Shown here piece by piece: positions 56,555 through 64,000 of a stretch of 64,000 nt of DNA. The notes below the pieces were generated by a model. The model saw nothing but the letters and a program-made list of their open reading frames with translations, made no database searches and was not told the origin of the DNA. Source of the stretch: an uncultured virus (IMG/VR IMGVR_UViG_3300046786_000447). Lineage: Duplodnaviria; Heunggongvirae; Uroviricota; Caudoviricetes. The first letter of the stretch is position 1. Each line of letters opens with the position of its first letter. Both the position numbers and the translations under genes were made by a program. The stretch is from IMG/VR virus record IMGVR_UViG_3300046786_000447; one strand, 5' to 3'.

Positions 56555-56725
56555 ATTTGCCAATCGTGGTCACCTTTTGGTTAAGGAACTATTCCCATTG
56601 GCTGTTATACCTAGTGGATTAGCAGAGCAATCTCCATCGGTCTGAACACCTTCGTATGATGCGTCCACAGGGTACGTTTCGGTATAACAATCTCCACATA
56701 AGTTGTTCAGACTTATGCTTCTGAG

Positions 56726-56799
56726 CGATCCTGACCAGACTTGAACTGGCGACCCCTACCGTGACAGGGTAGTGCTCTAACCAACTGAGCTACAGGACC
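56726..56799 (-). tRNA. tRNA-Asp(GUC)
   Basis: anticodon loop CTGTCAC. Confidence 0.9.
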
Positions 56800-56993
56800 A
56801 AAAGTGAGTAGGTGGATTGTCTATTACCACCAAGGAGAAGTCTAGATACCAATGTATAGTACCGCCTTAATCCTACCAAGACCTTGCTCCGCTAAGAGCA
56901 GGGACGCTAATCCCAGTCTTGTGCAATTCTCGCCCCATCTAGACAAGGGACTTCGTTCTGCCATACTCCAGGTTCTGATCAGGAACCTGTTTG

Positions 56994-57066
56994 CTGCCCC
57001 ACCTGGGATCGAACCAGGGACCTGCCGATTAACAGTCGGACGCTCTGCCAGCTGAGCTATAGGGCA
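56994..57066 (-). tRNA. tRNA-Asn(GUU)
   Basis: anticodon loop CTGTTAA. Confidence 0.9.
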
Positions 57067-57106
57067 TTGTGTCCGTTAAGGATGGACTTCCTATTTTGTT
57101 GTAATA

Positions 57107-57910
57107 CTATGGTATCACAAACACAATACCCTTGTCAAGTTTCTCAGACAAATATTTTGTAGCAACTGCAACATTTGCAGATGAGGTTGTCTGCGGAACA
57201 AGTCCAAAGATATTCGATTTGTATGAAAATACGTTTGCTGGTAGTGAACCAATCACATCAGTATTAATATCACGACTTGATGATGGGATATAGGCACCAC
57301 CAACACCAGAGCCAACGGATACGGTCTCAGTAATGCATGCTGGATATGATACTGGCTTTGATGCTCCATTATTTCCAGTTGCAGCAAAGAAAGGAATGCC
57401 AGTACTCTTTAGGTTAGCAATGCTTGTACGAATCTGTGGATCAACTACTGCAATGTTGGTTAGTCCAAAATTAGAAAGCTTACAGTCTCCAATCTTTGTC
57501 ATGTTGCCACTAAGACTATATGAGAATGAAACTGCACCAACGGTTGCTTTGTTTGCCTCTACCCATTTAAGTGCCAAAAGTAAAGTATTGCCAGATACAC
57601 CAGACACAGAACCCTTTGCAGACACATCTGATGCACGAATAACTGTAAGACTAAGTGCTGGGTTCTGCTTTAGTGCAATCTCAGCCATTGCTGTTCCATG
57701 GTTAGATGGGTCAGATACTGAATTTGAGATAGCTGCTTTATTCAAACACTTATCAGATGCAACACAAACCTGAGTTACAGATGATGGCAACTTGGACAAA
57801 TCAAAATAGCTGTCAATGATAACAAGTGATTTTGTGTCTGCCTGTGCTGGTGTTGCGAATGATGCAGCAAGTAATGCTGCAGAAATTACTGCATAGATTG
57901 TTTTCTTCAT
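57107..57910 (-). CDS. secreted subtilisin-like (S8) protein
   Basis: signal peptide; IIDS, NHGT, ATGNN, YPAC; nucleophile motif divergent (QTTSS). Confidence 0.7.
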   Translation of the reverse strand: MKKTIYAVISAALLAASFATPAQADTKSLVIIDSYFDLSKLPSSVTQVCVASDKCLNKAAISNSVSDPSNHGTAMAEIALKQNPALSLTVIRASDVSAKGSVSGVSGNTLLLALKWVEANKATVGAVSFSYSLSGNMTKIGDCKLSNFGLTNIAVVDPQIRTSIANLKSTGIPFFAATGNNGASKPVSYPACITETVSVGSGVGGAYIPSSSRDINTDVIGSLPANVFSYKSNIFGLVPQTTSSANVAVATKYLSEKLDKGIVFVIP

Positions 57911-58119
57911 ACCCTTTTGTCTCTCTATTCTTTGATCTTAATTACTGGGCAACACGGATCTCCACCGTCTTCCCACTCTTGTTCTTCTTCTTCTGTCATA
58001 TATGGATCACCGTCATGGGTGTAGCAGAATGGTTCGGTTACCCATCCCTTTTCAATACCGTGTTGTAGCCAATCCCACAACTCATCAAAGTTTTTATCTG
58101 TCATATAAATATAATAACA

Positions 58120-58641
58120 CTAAAGGCTGACAATGTCAACTTGACCACGACAACTTGGTGAGAATTTTACTGCTGCCTCAACAGCTTTCTCAACACGCTT
58201 CTTTGGATCTTTAAGGTGTTCTGTTGTAAATAGAGATCCATATGCATATGATGCACCAGAACCCATAGCAATGTAATCTTGTGTGTATTGGTTTAATGAC
58301 ATATCAACAGCATCATGCTCATATATCTTACCCTTAACAGCAATGATCAGTGCGAAGTCTGAATCTTTTCCTGTATCTACCCACCAATTTTCATAAAATA
58401 CTTTAAGAGACATTAAGAAATCAGTGTACATAAATTTATCTAAATCGCCTTTAGGTGCTGGTGGCTTAAAGTTATATCGCATCCTATCGCCATCCATTGC
58501 ACCACAGTAACCAAATAGGTACTCTCCAGTTTTCCAAACTTTGGGGGATGTCAGTGTCATAATTACATCATCAGTGGATGCAGCACGTTCACCTGCCATA
58601 AATATCTTGTCATCTTGACGGACTACAGCAATACAGGTCAT
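58120..58641 (-). CDS. HslV/proteasome-beta-like Ntn hydrolase
   Basis: N-terminal Thr (MTCIAVV), AMGSG..YA.G. Confidence 0.75.
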   Translation of the reverse strand: MTCIAVVRQDDKIFMAGERAASTDDVIMTLTSPKVWKTGEYLFGYCGAMDGDRMRYNFKPPAPKGDLDKFMYTDFLMSLKVFYENWWVDTGKDSDFALIIAVKGKIYEHDAVDMSLNQYTQDYIAMGSGASYAYGSLFTTEHLKDPKKRVEKAVEAAVKFSPSCRGQVDIVSL

Positions 58642-58727
58642 GAAAAATGTCCCCCAGCTTTCTGTGTTTTAGGTACATACCTATTATACATGAGCCAGGG
58701 GACATTGTCAATGACTATCGATAATGT

Positions 58728-59018
58728 CTACTTAACTTGTTTCTTATCGACTGTTGCAAAAGCGTCATTAATTTCAGCGATTGTGAGCTTGCCATCGTCA
58801 AGAAATGCTCGTGCAAGCTTTTCTACGACTGTGGCTACGCCCAACAAACCTGCAAGAAATACTGCCTGTGCGGTATCAATACCCACGACAGCTCCTGCTC
58901 CAAGAACTCCAAGACCATTTGCAGCGAATACTGCAACGATTCTCATGAGAACATTAGACAAGGCCTTCTGACCCTGGGGTTTTGCTGGCACTGTTCCTGC
59001 TTCTTTTTTAATTGCCAT
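58728..59018 (-). CDS. membrane protein
   Basis: two TM helices; DDGKLT..EIN. Confidence 0.65.
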   Translation of the reverse strand: MAIKKEAGTVPAKPQGQKALSNVLMRIVAVFAANGLGVLGAGAVVGIDTAQAVFLAGLLGVATVVEKLARAFLDDGKLTIAEINDAFATVDKKQVK

Positions 59019-59230
59019 TAGTCTTCCTCTTCTCTATTTCTAATCGGATAGGTAACAACCCATGCGAACAGGGTTCCTAATATCGCATACCCAACAATCG
59101 TTTTGGCACTACCATCAAGGACTACCCAGGCAATAAACATGCCAAGAAGTGTCCATAGCTGGTCTACCATATCTTTAAAGAATTTAACCATTTGATCTCC
59201 TCGTATTGTTAGACCCACCAGTAGTACCAC
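59018..59230 (-). CDS. small membrane protein
   Basis: two TM helices; real start probably MVKFF. Confidence 0.6.
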   Translation of the reverse strand: MVLLVGLTIRGDQMVKFFKDMVDQLWTLLGMFIAWVVLDGSAKTIVGYAILGTLFAWVVTYPIRNREEED

Positions 59231-61409
59231 CAGTCGTTGCTACTGAAGCTGCATTCATTGCTGCACCTGCAGCGACAACAGTTGCCACGACCATGTGTTG
59301 AGCCTCTTCTCTCTCAGCTGGGCTCATATCTGCACCAATAGATCCAAGGGCAGCAATAGCTGCTCCAGGATTTGACAGCAATTCCCCTACGAATGCTGCT
59401 GGGTCAGAAATCAATTCAATATTTGCTGCTACTGCAGCAGTGATAACTACGGCATTTCCATTCTCATCAGTTCTAACATCAACTGGTGTTTGTGGTGGAA
59501 GATCAGAATATGAAACTCCAGCTGCCTTAATATCTTCGCTTGACAATGCTTCTCCTGGCTTAAGATCTTCTACTAGAGATGAGACAATAGCCTCTTTCTC
59601 TTCTTCTGTAATTACCCCGTCACTCTTAGCATCATCAACAATGTTTTCAGTTTTTGCTGCTTCTTCAGCAGCCTTTGCCTCAGCTTCTAGTCTTGCTTTT
59701 TCTTCAGCCAATCTTTCTGCTTCTGCAAGTTTTTCTGCCTCTATTCTTTCTGCTTCAAGCTTTGCAGCTTCTTCTGCAGCTAACCTTTCTGCTTCCAATC
59801 TTGCCTCTTCTTCAGCTTTGGCAAGTGCTTCAGCTTCTGCTTTAGCCTTAGCTTCTGCTTCTGCAGCAAGTCTTGCTTCTTCTTCAAGCCTTAGTCGTTC
59901 CTCTTCTGCAGCCTTTGCCTCAGCTTCTAAACGCAATCTCTCTTCTTCAGCAGCTTTAGCCTCTGCCTCAGCTTTAAGTCGTGCTGCCTCTTCTGCAGCT
60001 GCCTTAGCTTCTGCCTCTAGTCTAATTCTCTCTGCTTCTGCTCTTGCTGCAGCTTCTGCTGCTAATCTAGCCTGCTCTGCAGCGATGGCAGCCTGTCTGG
60101 CAGCTTCCTCTGCTGCTGACTGCTGTGCAATCACAGTGGATAGGTTACTGACTGCTCCACTTGCATTCTGAACTGCTGAAACTGCAACTGCTGATAAGTT
60201 AACTGCAGTTGCGATTGCTTGATTTGCATCTTGAATTGCAACCTCTTGTTCAGCCTGTGCTGACACAACTGCCTCTTCTGCAATGGAAACTTCAGATGTG
60301 GCTGATGATACTTCAGATAATGATCCATTTTCAATCTGAATTAAACTATTTAGCAATGTATTACTAGATTGTAATTGATTGTTTGCATTTGTCAAATCTT
60401 GAACTTGTTGTTGTGTAGGGCTTGAGGTAGTTCTAGAAAAAGCTGTTGTAGGAACTATTGACCAACTGCCACCCTGAGTCCACATAAAGTTAACATTGGC
60501 ACCACCACCATTTTCATAATAATATAATGTCATTGGAATTGGTTGACCAGCTTGCACATTATAGGTAATTGCTGTTCCACCACCACCTTTGTCATACCAG
60601 TCATTTATAACTGTTTCTCCATTTAGTTTTAAGATAACCCCATCATCTGCTGGAGCATAAAGGCCAATTGTTCCAGTATATTGAGATGTAATATTACCAC
60701 TAAACTTAACAATAAAGTCTTCTGCTATCAAATTAAATGCTGCACCACTACCCCAGTTAAAGTTAATCTGAGTTACAGTAGTTGTATATATTGGTGATCT
60801 ACCAATCTGCTCTGGAAGTGGTGGGGCATTGTTGTATCCACCCATATTATAAATTTCTGCCTTCAGTCCAGAAGACAAGCCTATTGTTTGATTAATAGCA
60901 GTCTGTACGGATTGAACATTTTGAATGTCTGTTGCAACCACAACTTCTTGTGCATCAACATTTGCAGAAGCTTCTGCCAGATTTGCTGTAGCATCAACTA
61001 GATTGTGCTGAGCATTATTAAGGTTGGACTCTGCTTGAGTTACTGTTGCCGTAGCACCATCTACCACAGAAATTTTAAGATTAGCCTGCTCTACAGCTGT
61101 CTCTGCAGAATCTACTGCATTAGCAGCGACCTCAATTGCTTGTGTAGCTGTGGTAATTGCTGTAGAGATTGCCTCTGTTACTGATACTGACCCTGAGCTT
61201 TGTACTGCTGATTCCATATTTTGAGAAACAACTACTAGATCAGCATTGGCTGTTTGTAGCTGAACAACTACTGTTGACAAATCCCCTTCTTGAACAACAG
61301 TTACGGTAGCAGAATTGACCACTTCATCAGCCGATGCAGCAGCAAGTGGCCATAAGATCATGGCTCCAGTTAGGATAAATAGGGCAATTACTGCCCAAGA
61401 CTTCTTCAA
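59184..61409 (-). CDS. secreted PA14-domain protein with long Ala/Glu coiled coil
   Basis: signal peptide; INFNWG, ADDGV.L.L, YYENGG; EAEAKAAEE repeats. Confidence 0.8.
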   Translation of the reverse strand: MKKSWAVIALFILTGAMILWPLAAASADEVVNSATVTVVQEGDLSTVVVQLQTANADLVVVSQNMESAVQSSGSVSVTEAISTAITTATQAIEVAANAVDSAETAVEQANLKISVVDGATATVTQAESNLNNAQHNLVDATANLAEASANVDAQEVVVATDIQNVQSVQTAINQTIGLSSGLKAEIYNMGGYNNAPPLPEQIGRSPIYTTTVTQINFNWGSGAAFNLIAEDFIVKFSGNITSQYTGTIGLYAPADDGVILKLNGETVINDWYDKGGGGTAITYNVQAGQPIPMTLYYYENGGGANVNFMWTQGGSWSIVPTTAFSRTTSSPTQQQVQDLTNANNQLQSSNTLLNSLIQIENGSLSEVSSATSEVSIAEEAVVSAQAEQEVAIQDANQAIATAVNLSAVAVSAVQNASGAVSNLSTVIAQQSAAEEAARQAAIAAEQARLAAEAAARAEAERIRLEAEAKAAAEEAARLKAEAEAKAAEEERLRLEAEAKAAEEERLRLEEEARLAAEAEAKAKAEAEALAKAEEEARLEAERLAAEEAAKLEAERIEAEKLAEAERLAEEKARLEAEAKAAEEAAKTENIVDDAKSDGVITEEEKEAIVSSLVEDLKPGEALSSEDIKAAGVSYSDLPPQTPVDVRTDENGNAVVITAAVAANIELISDPAAFVGELLSNPGAAIAALGSIGADMSPAEREEAQHMVVATVVAAGAAMNAASVATTGGTTGGSNNTRRSNG

Positions 61410-61474
61410 AGTAGGGGTCTCCTTTGTAGGGGTAGAAGCTTAACAAAATAATTATATCACGCTTTGATAAAAGT

Positions 61475-61495
61475 AAAGGGGCACCGAAGTGCCCC
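61475..61495 (-). terminator. intrinsic terminator after nrdJ
   Basis: GGGGCAC-TTCG-GTGCCCC followed by T-rich run. Confidence 0.8.
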
Positions 61496-61518
61496 AATAC
61501 CTTATCCGATCTATTTAA

Positions 61519-63549
61519 TTAAGAGATCTTTAGTTCACACGCATCTGTTGTGCAGTATGCTTCTCCCTGTGCTTCAAGATTGTCTACGCCATCATAGATA
61601 GCTGACCAATTAATCTTTTTGACGGAGCCTACATAAGAATTGTATTCCTCTTCTGTGATCTCTGTGTATGGTTGCTGTGGATATACTGTGTTACCCATTG
61701 GCAGGAATGATACAGCTTTTAATTGCCCCTCATACATGTTGAGAACTGATGCAATGTGCTGTTTTTCTGTTTCCTTGTCAAATGATAGAGTTACAGAAAC
61801 TCCATTATCTGACCAATACTTTTGTGTAGTTGCTGCAAGACCAATCTTTTCAAATAGTGTTACTTGCTTTTCTGCTCTCTTCTGTCCAGATGCAATAGGG
61901 AAGTATACTACTGAAGTATTAGCTGACACTAGGTCATCTTCAATCTTATACCCTGCTGCTCTGAATAGGTGCATCATTGGATCGTTATTGCCAAAACGAA
62001 TTGCACGTAGGTAGAACTTTCCTCCAGGCCCCCAGTGAACTCCAGGAGTTGCACCAGAAAGAATTGATACAGAGCCAGATGGCTTAACAGTTGTTACACG
62101 AATTGATTCACGAACACATAGCCATTCTGAGTACTGCTTGTCGTAGAAACGAATCTTATTGTACCCTTCGTCCATCCACTCACGAACAGTTGGCAAGCCA
62201 TGGTCATCAGCGAACGAAGCGATGCCAGTTAGAGAAGTACCAATACGGCGGTTTCTCTGCATAATGCCGTTTGTCTGCTGCCAGTGTGTTGGAAGAAGAG
62301 TAACAGTTTTGCCATACAAGTATGCAAACTTTAGAGTGCGTAGGAAGTCTTCCTTTGACTCGTGGCGGTTTAGGTGTACCTCAACTAGGGTACATAGCTC
62401 GTAGGACTCCAGAGGCTGTTCTGCACATGGATTAAAGCCCATTACACGATAGTCCTTGCCATCTGCTGGATCAGCCAAACGACCATAGTTACGTGCAACA
62501 TCAAGCCAAATAAATCCTGGCTCTCCATTGTCTGCAATGCGGTCTACATACTTTGAGTAGTCCATACCAACAGTTGCTGAGATGGAATTGTTTGACATCC
62601 AAGCCCATCCTGGATTCTCTGGGTCATATGAGTTACGCTCTGGGAATGCCTCTGCATTCTTTAGGTTTAGGAAGTCCTCATCTCCATCAACACCAAGTGC
62701 AAGGGTAGCAGAACGTCTTACGTTACCTGCAACAACACATGTACCAATAAGGTTAATGATATCAACAATAGCTCGTGAGTCTAGTGTCTCTCCAGCTCTT
62801 GACCCAACTGCCTTGCGAACTCTTTCATGTAGGTCCATAAGTGGCTTAGGTCCTGAAGCAGTTCCTCCAAAGCCCTTGATAGGTGCACCCTCTGGTCTAA
62901 TCAATGAGTAGTCAAACTGCTGAATATTCTGGTTTGGACGCAAGAATGAATTGATCAAAAGTCTTACTGACTCTACCCAACCCTCACGAGTGTCTGGGAT
63001 TTCGTAAGTCACTGTAGGCTCTGTAGGGGCATAGATTGGGAAATTCTTATCCTGTCCTAGTGTATCAAAGCCAACGCCAATACCAAGCATTAGGGCATCC
63101 ATTACCCAAGCAAACAGTGCTCCTGGATCATTCTTGTCCAAGTCCTTTGTAGATACAACTGCACAGTTCTGAAGGGCAGCTGAGTTACGCTTCTCCATAG
63201 TTAGAGGTGTTCCAAAAGACCATAGGCCACGTCCTGGTGGTGTCCACTTAAGGTTAAACATTCTATCGAATGCTTCTTGTGCAGACTTCTGTGCCTTGTA
63301 GTCATTCCATGGTAGACGGTTTTCCTTAGCGTGATTCTTCTGAACTGAGTACATACCCTCAATTACACGGCGACATACTTCGTGCCAACGCTCTTTGGTT
63401 CCGTCTTCCTTTACTCTTGAATATGTTCTAATAAAGGTAATCTCTCCAAGTGAGTTTGAACCTACGTCCTTAAATCCGAATGGTGATTCTGCTAAAGAAT
63501 ATTTATCAATAAACTCATCTGTGAGTTTGAATGAAAAGAAATCTGACAT
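61519..63549 (-). CDS. nrdJ: adenosylcobalamin-dependent ribonucleoside-triphosphate reductase (class II)
   Basis: RTYSR, PPGRGLW, NC, VAGNVRRSA, NPCAEQ.L...ELCTLVE, TTVKPSG, C-terminal CxxxxC. Confidence 0.95.
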   Translation of the reverse strand: MSDFFSFKLTDEFIDKYSLAESPFGFKDVGSNSLGEITFIRTYSRVKEDGTKERWHEVCRRVIEGMYSVQKNHAKENRLPWNDYKAQKSAQEAFDRMFNLKWTPPGRGLWSFGTPLTMEKRNSAALQNCAVVSTKDLDKNDPGALFAWVMDALMLGIGVGFDTLGQDKNFPIYAPTEPTVTYEIPDTREGWVESVRLLINSFLRPNQNIQQFDYSLIRPEGAPIKGFGGTASGPKPLMDLHERVRKAVGSRAGETLDSRAIVDIINLIGTCVVAGNVRRSATLALGVDGDEDFLNLKNAEAFPERNSYDPENPGWAWMSNNSISATVGMDYSKYVDRIADNGEPGFIWLDVARNYGRLADPADGKDYRVMGFNPCAEQPLESYELCTLVEVHLNRHESKEDFLRTLKFAYLYGKTVTLLPTHWQQTNGIMQRNRRIGTSLTGIASFADDHGLPTVREWMDEGYNKIRFYDKQYSEWLCVRESIRVTTVKPSGSVSILSGATPGVHWGPGGKFYLRAIRFGNNDPMMHLFRAAGYKIEDDLVSANTSVVYFPIASGQKRAEKQVTLFEKIGLAATTQKYWSDNGVSVTLSFDKETEKQHIASVLNMYEGQLKAVSFLPMGNTVYPQQPYTEITEEEYNSYVGSVKKINWSAIYDGVDNLEAQGEAYCTTDACELKIS

Positions 63550-63660
63550 TTTGTACGCTCCTAAAATAATGTAGAAGTTAATTATAGCATAGTGTTTTTG
63601 TTTTTGTAAAACTCTCCTTCAAGTAATGCTTTAGAGTTTTTAAAATAACAAAACGGTAAC

Positions 63661-63686
63661 AAAAAAGGGACCAGTTTCCTGGTCCC
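63661..63686 (-). terminator. intrinsic terminator
   Basis: GGGACCAG-GAAA-CTGGTCCC followed by T6. Confidence 0.8.
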
Positions 63687-63704
63687 CTTAGTGTTAAGTA
63701 TTAA

Positions 63705-64000
63705 TTACTTAAGTGTTGCAACCTTAGCCTTTGGAAACTTCTTATTCCAATTTGCAGCAAGTGCATTGTATTTTGCCTTTGCAGACGCAGTGTTCTTAGC
63801 CTCAGCAATAGCCTTTGCCTTCTCAAGCTCAAGCTCTGCCTTTACCTTTGCAAGTTCTGCCTTAGTTGCATCGTGTGCAACCTTTTCTGCAGCAAGTTCT
63901 GCAGTCTTAGCAGTTACTTCTGATGCAAGGTCACGAACTGTAACGTCTAGAATCTTCTGTCCTGCTGGAGCATTAAGTCCAGTAACAGCAGATGCTACAG
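63705..64000 (-). CDS. Ala/Lys-rich surface-type protein, C-terminal part
   Basis: open frame ending ...KAKYNALAANWNKKFPKAKVATLK*; truncated by window. Confidence 0.6.
   Translation of the reverse strand, partial: VASAVTGLNAPAGQKILDVTVRDLASEVTAKTAELAAEKVAHDATKAELAKVKAELELEKAKAIAEAKNTASAKAKYNALAANWNKKFPKAKVATLK

Noticed and set aside
56325..56992. tmRNA, RNase P RNA or theta/HDV ribozymes in tRNA spacers
   Set aside because: Could not find tRNA-Ala-like ends, RNase P P4 consensus or an HDV nested pseudoknot by eye; left as unassigned ncRNA candidates
59440..60171. 243-aa plus-strand ORF and similar antisense ORFs (e.g. 57333, 61640, 62582, 45620, 42277)
   Set aside because: Antisense shadows of well-supported genes, with no RBS or promoter
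61519..63549. Intein or intron in nrdJ
   Set aside because: Continuous 676-aa ORF with motifs at normal spacing and no splice motifs

Overview
Fragment of a large, AT-rich dsDNA tailed-phage genome. The host is inferred to be an actinobacterium, probably a low-GC freshwater type, from WhiB, an MSMEG_6728-type glycosylase, short-arm Leu tRNAs, actinobacterial regulator sites and leaderless genes. Layout: (1) 1-7.3 kb, minus-strand tail/virion genes; (2) about 8.1-19.65 kb, a plus-strand early region of small SD-led genes arranged in ~1.1-1.5 kb modules; (3) 19.65-20.6 kb, a non-coding repeat/DnaA-box region; (4) 20.6-64 kb, mostly minus-strand genes: ThyX, class II RNR, PduO, GroES, Dps, WhiB, endolysins, many 2OG-Fe(II) oxygenases, glycosyltransferases and sugar-tailoring enzymes, plus 23 tRNAs. 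The most striking unannotated signals are non-coding. Eleven early promoters match the actinobacterial PafBC/RecA-NDp DNA-damage promoter (TGTCRG-N10-TANNNT), and the same spacers carry DnaA, LexA, CRP, WhiA-like and MtrA-like sites. A covarying H-type pseudoknot recurs five times just after early stop codons. Three hairpins expose anti-Shine-Dalgarno/anti-AUG loops in a genome where many non-early genes appear leaderless. Four structured 150-190 nt segments are interleaved in the tRNA array. All functional calls come from motif recognition by eye; no database search was run.
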